A stretch of DNA of 64,000 nt from Prasinococcaceae sp. CCMP 1430. Its lineage: Eukaryota > Plantae > Prasinodermophyta. The position numbers were made by a program, and so were the translations under genes. Each line of letters begins with the position of its first letter. Within the stretch, counting starts at the first letter, position 1. The notes under the pieces are model-generated. The model did no database searches, had not been told where the DNA came from, and saw only the letters and a list, made by a program, of their open reading frames with translations. Below, piece after piece: positions 7,949 through 19,300 of this stretch. The DNA lies in contig RQSC01000012.1 in the NCBI GenBank assembly GCA_013416795.1, positions 1-64,000 of the forward strand, written 5' to 3'.

Positions 7949-10900
7949 ATGGACGCCGCGCAGATGCAGCAGCTCGCAGCGCTGTTCGCGCAGACGCTCG
8001 CGCCGGCGCCCGAAGCGCGCAAGGCTGCCGAGGCAGGGCTCGCGCAGGCGGCGGCGCAGCCAGGGTACGGCCTCGCGTGCCTGCAGCTGGCGGCGGCAGC
8101 CAGCGCGGAAGCCACCGTCAGGCAGTCCGCAGCCGTCGCCTTCAAGAACCATGTGAAGAAGGTGCGCGAGCCCGCGGCGCGCCCGTGTGCGATGCGACAT
8201 GCCAGCTCTTGAGCGCGCGTATCATGGCATCCATCGCGCCGCGCTGCACCGTGCTGCGCCGCGCCTCGCCCCGCTGCACTGCTTCCCCGCGCCGAGGAAT
8301 CTCTTTGAGACGGACAGAATGATGAATTTGGCTAGGCGCCTAGTGCAGCCGCGCGCGAAGTGGTGAAGGTAGAAGCGAAGCCCCCACCCCCCTGCCCTCG
8401 CGCTGACCGCAGCCCCCGATCCGTGCCGCACTGCTGCGGTGCGTGACGTCCGCCGGCATGCCATGGCCATGCGCGTATACGGCGCCATGTGACCACACGC
8501 CGCGCAGCACTGGTCGCTATCTGAGGAAGAGGCATCATCGCTGAGCCTGACGGACCGCGAACAGATCAAGACTCACCTGCCCAGTCTCATGCTGAGCACG
8601 CCACCGGTTGTGCAGAAGCAGCTTGGTGCAGCGCTCGCCATCGCCGCTGACTCGGACTTCCCAGAGAAGTGGCCGAAGCTGCTACCCGAGCTTGTGACCA
8701 AGCTGTGCACGGACGATTTCGCGGTGGTCAATGGCGTGCTTGAGGCGCTGCACTCGATATTTGAGTGCTACCGCTCGGCGCAACGCAGCACCGAGCTGCT
8801 GCTCGAGCTCAAGTACGTGCTGCCGATTCTGTGCGGCGCGAAGGAGACGAGTGCCGATGGCACCGAGAGGTACACGTCGCAACCACTCTACGAGATGCTC
8901 ATTCGCATATCTTCGGCTATGAAAGAGTCTGCGAGCAATCCAGCCGCGCTTAAGCCGCTGGTTCGCTGCCAGACGCTCGTCGTGCAAATATACTACTCAC
9001 TCTGCTGCGTGGATCTGCCGGAGGTCTTCGAGGACACCCTCAAGGAATGGATGACTGAGCTTCACTCGTACCTCGGCATGTCAGGCGATGGCATGGCAGA
9101 GTCAGACCCCGAGCAGGAAACATGCGTAGACGCCCTCAAGGCGAGCGTGTGCGAGGCTATCAACCTCTTTATAGACAAGTACGAGGAGGAATTCGAAAAC
9201 TACCTGCAGACCTTCGTAACATCGGCATGGAACCTTCTCGTGTCGGTTACCAACAGCGTGGCGCAGGACAGGCTGACCATTACCGCTATTAAGTTCCTCA
9301 CGACAGTGAGCAAATCCGTGCACCACGGCCTCTTCGGCGACCCAGCTACCCTCAAGCAGATCTGCGAGCGCGTGGTGCTGCCAAGTCTGCAGATCCGCGA
9401 GGAGGACGAGGAGCTCTTCGAGATGAATTGGCTCGACTACGTGCGGCGTGACAGTGAAGGCAGCGACAGCGACACACGACGACGCATAGCATGCGAGCTC
9501 GTGAAGGGGCTGAGCGTGCACTTCGAGGCGCAGGTGACCTCGCTCTTCAGCGAGTATGTGACGGCCATGCTGGGCCAGTACGCGACCAATCCAACCGCCA
9601 ATTGGAAGGCCAAAGACTGCGCCATGTTCCTCGTCGTAGCGCTCACCGTGCGCGGCAAGACCGCCAAGGACGGCGCGACATCCACCAACGCGCTTGTGAA
9701 CATCGGGGACTTCTTCACCCAGCATGTGCAGCCAGAGCTCACGAACGCTGACATCGAGGCCGTGCCCGTGCTGAAGGCGGATTCCATCAAGTTCCTGACT
9801 ACTTTTCGCTCGCTTCTCCCCCGCGAGTTGCTGCTCAGCATGCTGCCCGTGCTGGGCAACCTGCTCGGCTCGTCGGCAAATGTGGTGCACACGTACGCCG
9901 CCGACGCCATCGAGCGCATCCTGACCCTGCGCATGCCGCGCGAGCAGGGTGGAGGCCCGAAGCTGCAGCCGGGGGAGGTGGCGCCGCTGGCGGCCGCGCT
10001 GCTCGAGCGCCTCTTTGGCGCGCTGGGCATGGCTGAGTCGGAGCACAACGAATACGTGATGAAGTCAGTCATGCGCTTGTTGGCTTTCCTCGGTCCTGCC
10101 GCTCGCCCCTTTGCTCAAACGATCGTGCAACGCCTCGGCGCGCTCCTCATGGAAATGTGCAAGAACCCGCCCAACCCCGGGTTCGCGCACTACCTCTTCG
10201 AAAGTCTGGCGGCGGTGGTGCGGCATCAGGCTTCTGGGAGTGCCGCAGAGCGCAACGCTGTGCTCGCGGACACTGAGGCTGTGCTGATCGGCGCGCAATT
10301 CGATGGGCCATTCATGGCTGTTCTGTCCATGGACGTGGTCGACTACGCGCCGTACGTGTTCCAGGTCCTCGCGCTTCTCGTGGAGGCACGCGAGGTCGGA
10401 CCTGGCAGTCCGCTGCCGCAGCTGTACATGCAGATCTACCCGCCGCTGCTGACGCCAATGTACTGGGAGCGCCCGAGCAACATCCCGGGGCTCGTGCGCC
10501 TGCTGCATGCGTACCTAGCCAAGGCCGCCGCAGAGGTGACCGCCGGCGAGCAGCTTGAGCGCCTACTGGGCGTGTTCAGAAAATTGGTGGGCTCGCGCGC
10601 GCACGACCACGAGGGCTTTCTCGTGCTGACCGTGCTCATTGAGGGGCTGCCGCTGGCGAACTTGTCGCAGTACATGCCGACCGTTTGGCAGTTGATCTTT
10701 GGGCGCCTGCAGACCTCAGGCACGGGCAAGTTCCGGCGGGCGTTCATGGTGCTGCTCAGTGTGTTCGTGGTCAAGCATGGCGTGGCGGCTCTCGAAGAGA
10801 GCGTGAACGCCGTCCAGGCCGGCATGCTGAACATGCTCGTTGCGCAGGTGTGGCTGGCGTCGGCGTCGCTCGTTGCGGGCAAGGTGGACCGAAAGGCGCA

Positions 10901-11270
10901 GAATTTGGCGCTTACAAAGCTGCTGACCGAGTGGCCTTCCCTCTTCGCGGACAAGGCCACATGGGGCAAGGTCCTGGCGTGCGTGATCGGTTTGCTGGCG
11001 GCGGGTGACAATGGTGAGGACGAAGATGGCGAGGAGGAGGCGCCGGTCGAGTACACGGGCACCTACGTCCAGCTCGCTAACGCGAGTAAAGCTGAGCACG
11101 ACTACGTCCCCGACGTCAAGGACGCCGGGGCGGTCCTGGCCAAGCAGCTCGGAGCCATGGCTGCGTCGGCGCCCGGACAATTGGGGGCAGCCATTCAGCA
11201 GCACGTTGACGCGACCTCGCAGCAGCACCTCCAGGCTTTGCTGGGCGCGAACGGTGTCGCATTGGCGTGA
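7949..11270 (+). CDS. CSE1: Exportin-2 (CSE1/CAS)
   Basis: Exon 7949-8161 (importin-beta N-terminal, RQSAAVAFKNHVKK), intron 8162-8507, exon 8508-11270. Motifs SDFPEKWPKLL, DLPEVFED, EDEELFEMNWLDYVRRDSEGSDSDTRRR, NVVHTYAA, NPPNPGFAHYLFE. Confidence 0.97.
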
Positions 11271-11379
11271 GCGTTTCGTGCGTGTACATCGCGCGGGGCG
11301 CATGCATGCGGGCGAGGAACGCAAAGCGAGCGAGCATCGCTATAATGAACAATTGAGTACTGTACATACAAATCGTGCG

Positions 11380-14300
11380 TCATGCGCAGCGCAGTGCGGC
11401 GCAGTTCAGGCGCGTGCGCTCGATGGCAGATGGTAGTAGTCTCGCCAGGAGCTCCTCGGCTTGAGCGCCTTCGGTGCTGTCACAGTCGCCGATGGCCGTC
11501 CTGAGCTCGCCGAACGCAGCGTCGAGGTCGTCTGCCTGATGGTCCGTGAGCACGCTCTGGAGGTACGACGCATCCAGCAGCAGCTGTAGGCGTGCGTTCA
11601 CGGATGCCTCCAAACCACTGCCAGCGCCACCTTTCTGTAGCGCCACGGCCAGGCGCTTCACGAGATCCACGGCGATGGCGCCGACCACGACATTCACGAA
11701 GGGTTCGGCGCAGGCATACGTCTCCGCATGGGCCTCGACAAGCAAATCCGTCAGCCCCATCGCCGCAGGACGCACGCCCGAGGGCGGTGGCCACGTCGAC
11801 CAGCACTCAGAGCTGTTCTGCGCACTGTAGTCCGCGCGTATGAACCGCTCAGTGGCGAGCACCTTCGCGGGGACTTTGAGCTTCAGGTACGCTTGCATCA
11901 TGGTTTCCTCCAGCGCCATGAGGGCGTCGTCGACACCGTCGGTCATCTCGTCTGCCATTACCTCGGTCGCTGTCGCGTCGACTACCTGCGGCAGCAAAAG
12001 CTTAGAAAGGGCTTCCACCAGCTCGGGCACCAGTTGTGTGCGGCAGAACGCGACGTCGCTCAGCAGCACCAGCGTGCTGTGCGTGTGCTCCCTCGAGAGT
12101 TCGGCGGCCTCCACCATGCTGCCCCCCAAGCCGTCCACGGCGGGACGCAACGACGCCATAAGCTCACCCAGAGCATGGAAGAAGTCGCGCGCGCAGCGAC
12201 GCGCGAGTTGCGCAATTTCCTTGTCGACTCCGACAGCGACCGATGCAACAGCCGCGGCCTCGAGGCATGCCTCGCGAGCGAGCACCGGCAGGGCGCTTAC
12301 GCGGAAGAGGCTCTCCTCGACGCTCGTCACGCCTCCGCTCGCTGTGCTAATCACCTGCTCCAAGGACAGCGCCTGCCACGCCCTGGCTCCAGCCTGCGCA
12401 TGTGCGACTTGATGTTCCATGCGCTTGATGGCGCGCGCGAACGCTCGGCGTGTTGTGCCCTCTGCAGCGGAGCGGCAAAGCACCGCAATGCTGTTGACAC
12501 ATTCGGCAGGCATGTCTGCATCCAAAAGCGCGGCACGCACCGCCACAAGGGCGTGCATGACCTCAATCATCTTCGCCACTGCTGCGGCCTCCGTCGCTTC
12601 GCCCGCGGCAGGTTTGCCACCGCCGCTGCCGCTGCCGCCCTCAGGCACTGAGCTTACCTCGATGTCGCTCATAGACCGCGTGGGCATGGGCGAGAGCTCC
12701 TCCAAAATGGCCGAAAGATGTTCACAACACTGCGAGACGATGTTGCGAAGCAGCGCATTGAAGTCAACCGTCATTGAAAAACTGGCCCGGCCTTCGTCGC
12801 TCGCTAGCAGCACACGAACCGAGCGCCACCAGTCTGTCAGTTCATTAGCGAGCACGTTTGTCAGCGCCACGCCCGCTGCCACGGGGTCACGGCTGCTTCC
12901 GCTTCCAGCTTGGGTAGACTGGTCGTCCAGAGCCACGGCACGCGCGATATGCGCCTCGACGCGAGCAGCCTTGGACCGCACGAAAGCATCGACGAGTTTG
13001 GCCTCCTCGCTCTCGCCGAAAGACGACCCACCACTAAGCTCCAATACATTGCCGGCCGACATCATGGCCAGAGCCCTCCTGCTGCTTGAGCCTCGCCTGG
13101 CACTCTCAGCCGCGCGCGCCGCTGCGACATCGCGCAGCAAGACGAGAGCGCGGACTGCCTCGGAAGTCTCAATCTCGGCGGCGTGGAGTGACGACGCAAG
13201 CGCCGCGCAGGCGTCATCCACAGCGGCGTCCGCATCAGTGCGGATCTTGCCGAGCAAGCGGGTGCCGCCCGGGCGCTTGTCCTCCCCTCGACGGGCAACT
13301 GCGACGTCCCGCGGGCATATTGAGATTACCTTCCTGTAGTCCTTGGCAAGCTTGACGAGGTTGCCTGACGCGGCATGCTCGCGGATCGCCTGTGGCAGCG
13401 AGCAAATGTTGTCGTATCGACGGAGAACGCCGAGTGCGGACTTGATGCGCTCAGCCTGCGCCTGCCGATCGAGGAGCGGGGTGAACACTTCCAAAGCCTC
13501 GTCGTGCGCGGTGCCGACGGACGCCGCAAGCGCTGACTGCTCCGGGAGCTCGACGACGCTTGGAGTGCGGCTGTGTCCTCCGCTGTCCGCTCGCCCGAGC
13601 GCGCGGCGGCGCCCGAAGTCGCCGCCAGCGAGCCAGGTTCCAGCGCTTGCCTCAAATTGCTCCTTCTCGACCAACTTGTTGTGTATTGTGTCGATGGTGT
13701 TCTTGCAAGAGATGAAGCGCTCGAAGTTGTCCTTCACGAGGTCCTTCAACTGGCCAGTGCGCTCGCGCATTTCCCTGCGCAGCGCCTCGGTACCAACCCC
13801 CAGCTGGCTCTCTGTCGAGTGCGAATGCACCGATGCCAGGTATATGTTGGCATCGAAGGAGCCTGATGCGGGAAGCAGCGACTCGGTGGTGCCGCCGACC
13901 TCAGCGAGCCGTCTCGATGCGAGCAGAGCGCGCCGATCGCGCTCCTTGATGCTGCTTCTCGGGCCCGCGCTCATGATATCGAGCGTCAGCATGCTGGAGC
14001 GACGGCGGTCGCTGTCACTCAGGCGCCCCGTCGCGAATGAGCCACTCGCCGGACCGCCTATGCTCCCCAGCCTCGTGCCCCTCTCAGAGCCGTCGAGCAG
14101 CTCACCGTGCTTGCTCACGTAGCCCATGCCGAGCATGTCGCTCATCCACTGTGCGGCCGCGCCGCCGTCAGCCCCGCCTCCGTCTCGCTCCGCCGTGGCG
14201 CCGCTGAGCGTTGGCCGCGGCGTTATCGCGTCCCGCGCCTCCGCGCCGTCCCCCACGAGACGCTTCGCTTGCTCCTCGATTGCGGCCTCGTCGACCTCAT

Positions 14301-14432
14301 CCCACGCGCGCGGCGCGCGGCCCGCACGTCCCCCCGCGGCCGCGGCGGCGCTGCCGTCGGTCCGTCGGGCGCCTCGTCGAGCGACGAGAAGTCCGACGAG
14401 TCGCCGTCGCTCGCGTACGCCGCCGCGTCCAT
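11380..14432 (-). CDS. SEC5: Exocyst complex component SEC5/EXOC2
   Basis: FDANIYLASVH...LKDLVKDNFERFISCKNTIDTIHNKL, ALGVLRRYDNICSLP, LAKDYRK. Probable start ATG 14432 is in a different frame, implying a 1-nt indel near 14330. Confidence 0.93.
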
Positions 14433-14955
14433 CCCGCCCCTCCCCATCCCCTCGCAACACCCCCGCAGGGGGACCCGCGCCGCGCGCGGTGTGGCGGCCG
14501 GGCGGCAGGGACCGCCGCCCTGGCTCGCATGCATGCGCGCGGCGCCGCCCCCGCAGCAGCGCGCGCGACCGGACGGCGCGAAAAACGGCCTTCGGTCGGG
14601 GGCAGCGAAACGCGCGGGAAAAGGGAAGAAGACTGCGCCGGCCGGAAGACGGAGGCGAAAGACTTTAAAAACGAAAAAAGGCGGAAGGCGCTCCGGAAAG
14701 CCGGAAAGCGCTCGAGTGCCAGGGCAGCGCTTGGACCGACTGGAGCCAGGTCAGCGGGTGTTGGCGGGGGTGCGGGGTGTGGGGGGCAACAGGATTCAGC
14801 ATCGTCAGGATGACCTTCAGATACTTCATGGCGATCTGATGGGTGCGGGCGCCCGGGCGGCGCGCGGGAGGGAGAGGATTAAGGGGGGCGGGTGGCGCGG
14901 CGTGCTGCGCCTCAGGTACGACCCAGCGGTCCGGCGTGTGGCGGGCGCGCTCGGC

Positions 14956-16278
14956 ATGGGCGGCGGCAGCGGCGCGCCGCCCAGCGGGGCGCCGCTGCGC
15001 ATGCTGGGCGAGGCGTACGGCGGCGCAGGGGGTGGGGGTGGGACCTTGGGCGACGCAGAGCTGGAGGCCTTTCGCGCAGACTTTCACAGCCGTGTGTGGT
15101 GCACATACCGCGAAGGCTTCAAGTGGCTGCCCCGCCCTGGGCGTGGCAAGCCGCCGCGTGCTGCCGTGGGCGACACAGGTGACACGGACGTCGGCTGGGG
15201 GTGCACGCTGCGCTCCGGGCAGATGCTGCTGGCCAACGCGCTGCAGCTGACGCTACTGGGGCGCAGCTGGCGGTGGAGTGGGGCAAGGGGCGACGGCAGT
15301 GCCGAGGTGCGCGCCGACCTGTCGCACCTCTCGCTCCTGCGGTGGTTCGGTGACGCGCCTGTGGCCGCATGTCCATTCTCGCTGCATGCTATGCTGAGCG
15401 CCGGTCGACCCTACGGCGTGCGTGCCGACGAGTGGCTGGGCCCGACGGTGGTGTCCCGAGCACTGGAGCGGCTCGTGAACGAGGAGCGCCCTGGTGGGAT
15501 GGTTTGCCACCTCGCGGGGGCAGACCACCCGCCCGACACGGTGGGCGCTGCGGGTGGTTCGCCGGAGCTCTACGTCGACGAGGTCGTGGAGCTGTGCACC
15601 GGTAGTGCGGGCGGGGCGGCCTTCGGCTTGCAGCTGCCCTGCCTCGAACGCAGTCGGGTAGGCGGCGGCGATGGCGACGGCGCTCGTGAGGCGTGGTCTC
15701 CGCTGCTACTCCTGGTGCCGCTCAAACTGGGCGCGGGGCGCACTATCAACCCTGTATACGTGCCGCTGCTGCGCGAGGCGCTATCGCTGCCGCAGTCAGT
15801 TGGCATGGTGGGAGGCAAGCACAATGCATCTCTGTACTTCGTGGGCGTGCAAGGCGAGGCGGGAAGCACAGATGTGGAGGGCTACTACCTCGACCCGCAC
15901 ACGGTGCAGCCAGCAGCTGAGTCTGGCCCGTACTCGTGCTATTACGCCACGGGCGACAGCGGGCTCGACGCGGCCAAGCTCGCGCGCTTTCCGGCGGCGA
16001 CGTACCACTGTGACCAGCCGCGACACATGCCTATCTCGGGCATCGACCCCAGCCTGGCCCTGGGCTTCCGCGCGTCCTCCAGGCAGGAATTTGAGGCCCT
16101 CGCCGACGCTCTTGCGGAGCTCGCGCGCTCCTCTCCGCTGGCACCGCTCCTCACCGTCGCAAGCACCCGACCGCAGGGCGCCCCAGGTTCGCCCGCGGGT
16201 TCCGAGAGGGGCCGCTGTGCGACCGTCACCGTAGATCCAGACAGCGACGGTGAGGGGGGCTGGGAGCTGCTCGACTGA
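14956..16278 (+). CDS. ATG4: Autophagy cysteine protease ATG4
   Basis: FHSRVWCTYR, catalytic DVGWGCTLRSGQMLLA, LLLLVPLKLG, YYLDPH (Asp/His) and C-terminal LIR-like DGEGGWELLD. Start 14956 (alternative 14839). Confidence 0.96.
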   Translation: MGGGSGAPPSGAPLRMLGEAYGGAGGGGGTLGDAELEAFRADFHSRVWCTYREGFKWLPRPGRGKPPRAAVGDTGDTDVGWGCTLRSGQMLLANALQLTLLGRSWRWSGARGDGSAEVRADLSHLSLLRWFGDAPVAACPFSLHAMLSAGRPYGVRADEWLGPTVVSRALERLVNEERPGGMVCHLAGADHPPDTVGAAGGSPELYVDEVVELCTGSAGGAAFGLQLPCLERSRVGGGDGDGAREAWSPLLLLVPLKLGAGRTINPVYVPLLREALSLPQSVGMVGGKHNASLYFVGVQGEAGSTDVEGYYLDPHTVQPAAESGPYSCYYATGDSGLDAAKLARFPAATYHCDQPRHMPISGIDPSLALGFRASSRQEFEALADALAELARSSPLAPLLTVASTRPQGAPGSPAGSERGRCATVTVDPDSDGEGGWELLD

Positions 16279-16360
16279 TGTACACATACAACAAACGCAT
16301 TTATCTCGAGAGTGTCCCGGTCTCAAATGCTGCGCAGCTCGTCGCCGCGCGAATTCTAGC

Positions 16361-19300
16361 CTACACGCCGAGCACACCTTTGACGTGCCCGACCATTGCC
16401 TGGAGCTTGGTGTGGCCGAGCTCGCTCGCCTTCCACTTCTCGCACGCTTCGAGCGCCTTGGTGACTTTGTCGCACGGCGACCCCGTTTCTGAGGCGAGCT
16501 CGTACGAAGCGCCATCGGCCGCCTTCATGCGACCCTGGCACATCTTCGCTGCGTGATCCTGCCCCATCATCTCGAGCCGCCGCAGCAGCAGCGTCGGATG
16601 CGCCGCCGCACGGGCGCCCTTCGCATCCTTGGCATGCCTGGTATGCTTGCTGGCTGGGAGGCTGAAAGGCTTGAAGCCATTGCCACCATCCACGAACTCG
16701 ACAGCGAGAAGCTCGCACTTCGGGGATGGCGATGGGACTGCGAAGAACACCCACTGCGTGGTCTCGCCCTTGCCGGTCTCACTGGGCTCGCCACAGTGCA
16801 CAACACAACACACTGTGTCGAGCCGGTCGCCTGGTACCACGGCACGGATGTCCCAAAGCGGATCAGGCAGTGACATGCGCACGGCCTGCTCAGACAGCCG
16901 CGGCGGTGCCTCCCAGGGCATCCACGCAGTGCCCTTGGATTGCTGCAGCTGCGGCCGCTTCGCGCGCACATCAGGTACAAGGCCCGTCACCAGCATGCCC
17001 GCGCCCGGACGCATCATCGCGAGTAGGTCCTCATTGGGCCGCCATATGCTGATCTCGAAAATCGGCAGCTGGTCGTCATTCTGATGCCTTGGTACCGGGA
17101 TGACAAGAGCGGTGGCGCGGCACGTCACGTTGCGCTCGAGATTGTCGGAACCGCCGAGGCGCTCCGATATGCCCTCGCATGTCCGCTCCGGGTCGTTGGC
17201 GGCACCGCACTTGTCGTTGTGAGCGACAGCCTGCTCATACGCGTCGTTGATGAGTACCCTGTGCGCCTCACCAGCGAGCTCTTCAGCGCGCGCGGAGCGG
17301 AACGCGTGAGTTCCATCGGTACGCTTTTCCATGAATACCGTGGGCAGCACACGTACGATCACCACCCGCGTTGTGGGAATCGTCCCGCCATTCTGCAACG
17401 TGCCCTTCAGCGGCACGATGAAAGGCTCGCGGTGCTCACCGAGGCGCGCGGGCCATGCGGCAGGACGCACACTGTTGTAGCGCAGCGCAAGCACGCGCTC
17501 TCGTGCGCGGTCCAGCGGGGGCGCTGGTGTACTTGCTGCGGTCCCGATGAGCTCCGCGCAGCACACGTTGAGCTTGGTCCCTTCAGCGATGCGTTCCTGT
17601 CGGACAAGGTCAGCGAGATTTTGGTCCAACTCGGCGAGCACACCGTACCATCCATCGGTCACCTCCACGACTGCGCCGACCGACGACTTGCGCGTATCAT
17701 CCACACCGACGATGCGCGCCACGCATAGCGTCATAGGCGTGGCCGGTGAGAGGTCGTGCTCGCAAACCTTGCGGATGGCGGGGCGGCCCGAGCCAGCAAG
17801 CTCGCGCTCGTAGCGGTAACACAGCTGTTCCTTCACGTTGGCTTCGCTCAACGCCTGTCCCGCCAGCACGTCGCCGAAGGCGCGGTCGTAGCAAGCCAGC
17901 TTCCACACAATCCATCGCCACGCGTTCTGAACCCATTCCTGCGTGAGGAGCTTTTCATCCGCGCCCATCATCACCAGCTGGCCCCGGGCGGTCTCGGCAT
18001 TGAGCCCATACGGAGACTTCCCGAACTCAAAGTCTGCCGCTGTCATCGAATTCATCGCCGCGACGTGAGGCGGAACGGGTGCGGCGGGGCGACCGCGGGC
18101 AAAGGGAGGCTGGGCGTAGAAGGCACCCCAGAGGGGGCTGCGATCACGCCCGTTCTCATACATGTCGTGCAACGGCTGGCGCGGCGGCCTGGCCGCCGCG
18201 GGTGCCGACTTCGGCGTCATGAGACGCGAGGCCTTCTTCGGGTTGGTCGTCGCGGGCGTTTTGAAGCCCGCGCGGCGCTTGCCTCCGGCGAGCCCTGGCG
18301 TGTTGAACTTCACCGCCGAGCGAGGGAGCTGCCGTGACGTCTTTGCCGCCATAGGGGTGACTCCCCGCGGGATCGCGTTGTGTGGGCCGAGCGGCCGAGG
18401 CCGGTCCTGTGGCGGGGCGGAGAATGGCACCGCGCGAGGCACCCTCGAGGCTGCTCGAGGAGCTGCGGCAGGCGTAGCGTGTTCTGGGGCAGCCTTGCCG
18501 TCGTCTGCGTCCTCGCCAAGCATGGCGCGCGCGCGCGCCATCGCGGCCGCCGACACTTGCACGGGACGGTTGTTGCCAGTCACAAAGCCCCCCGTGGCAG
18601 CAGGCGGCAGAGCAGGCGCAGCCTTGCCGTCGTCTGCGTCCTCGCCAAGCATGGCGCGCGCGCGCGCCATCGCGGCCGCCGACACTTGCACGGGACGGTT
18701 GTTGCCAGTCACGAAGCCCCCCGTGGCAGCAGGCGGTGGCGGTATCCCTGAGCCGCCCGCACATCGCTCTTGTGCCTGATCCAGGGGCGCGTCGTCCCCC
18801 AAGAGCGGCATGTCGTCACCAAAGACGCGGCGCGCGCGCGCCATTGCGTCAGCAGAAATCTCGACTGGCCTGTTGTTCCCGGTGATGAAGCCAAGAGGGC
18901 CAGAAACACTTGGCCTCCCTTCCGGCGGCCGGACCTGGGCACCAGAGGCCGGTGCATCGTCACCAATCAGAGCTTTGGCTCGAGCCATGGCGCCCGCAGA
19001 AATCTGCACGGGCCGATTGTTCCCTGTCATAAATCCAACGGTGGCAGGTTGCGCCGCTGGTGTGGGTAGAGGCGCAAGCGGGTGCGGTGGCGAGCGTGAC
19101 TGCTTTTGGCGCTGTTCTTGATCCGGCGGCGCGTCCCCATCCAACATATCACGCGCTTGTGCCACTGCCGCCGATGGCACCTGCACTGGCCTGTTATTTC
19201 CAGTCACGAACACGCCCCCTGTGCTGGGCGGAGGGCCTGTCTGCGCGCGTACTTCACCACCCTGCAGGCACTGCACTGCCTCGGGCGGCGCGTCATCACC

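Noticed and set aside
8319-8406. ATGATGA...CTGA in the CSE1 intron with ATTTGGCTA (9-nt LSU complement)
   Set aside because: No terminal stem, no D' box after the complementary stretch, and the match is too short. Kept only as a weak snoRNA candidate.
14665-14830. AT-richer segment with minus ORF MKYLKVILTMLNP and TGA-rich boxes between SEC5 and ATG4
   Set aside because: No recognisable family, C/D stem or U-snRNA match. Probably promoter or UTR.
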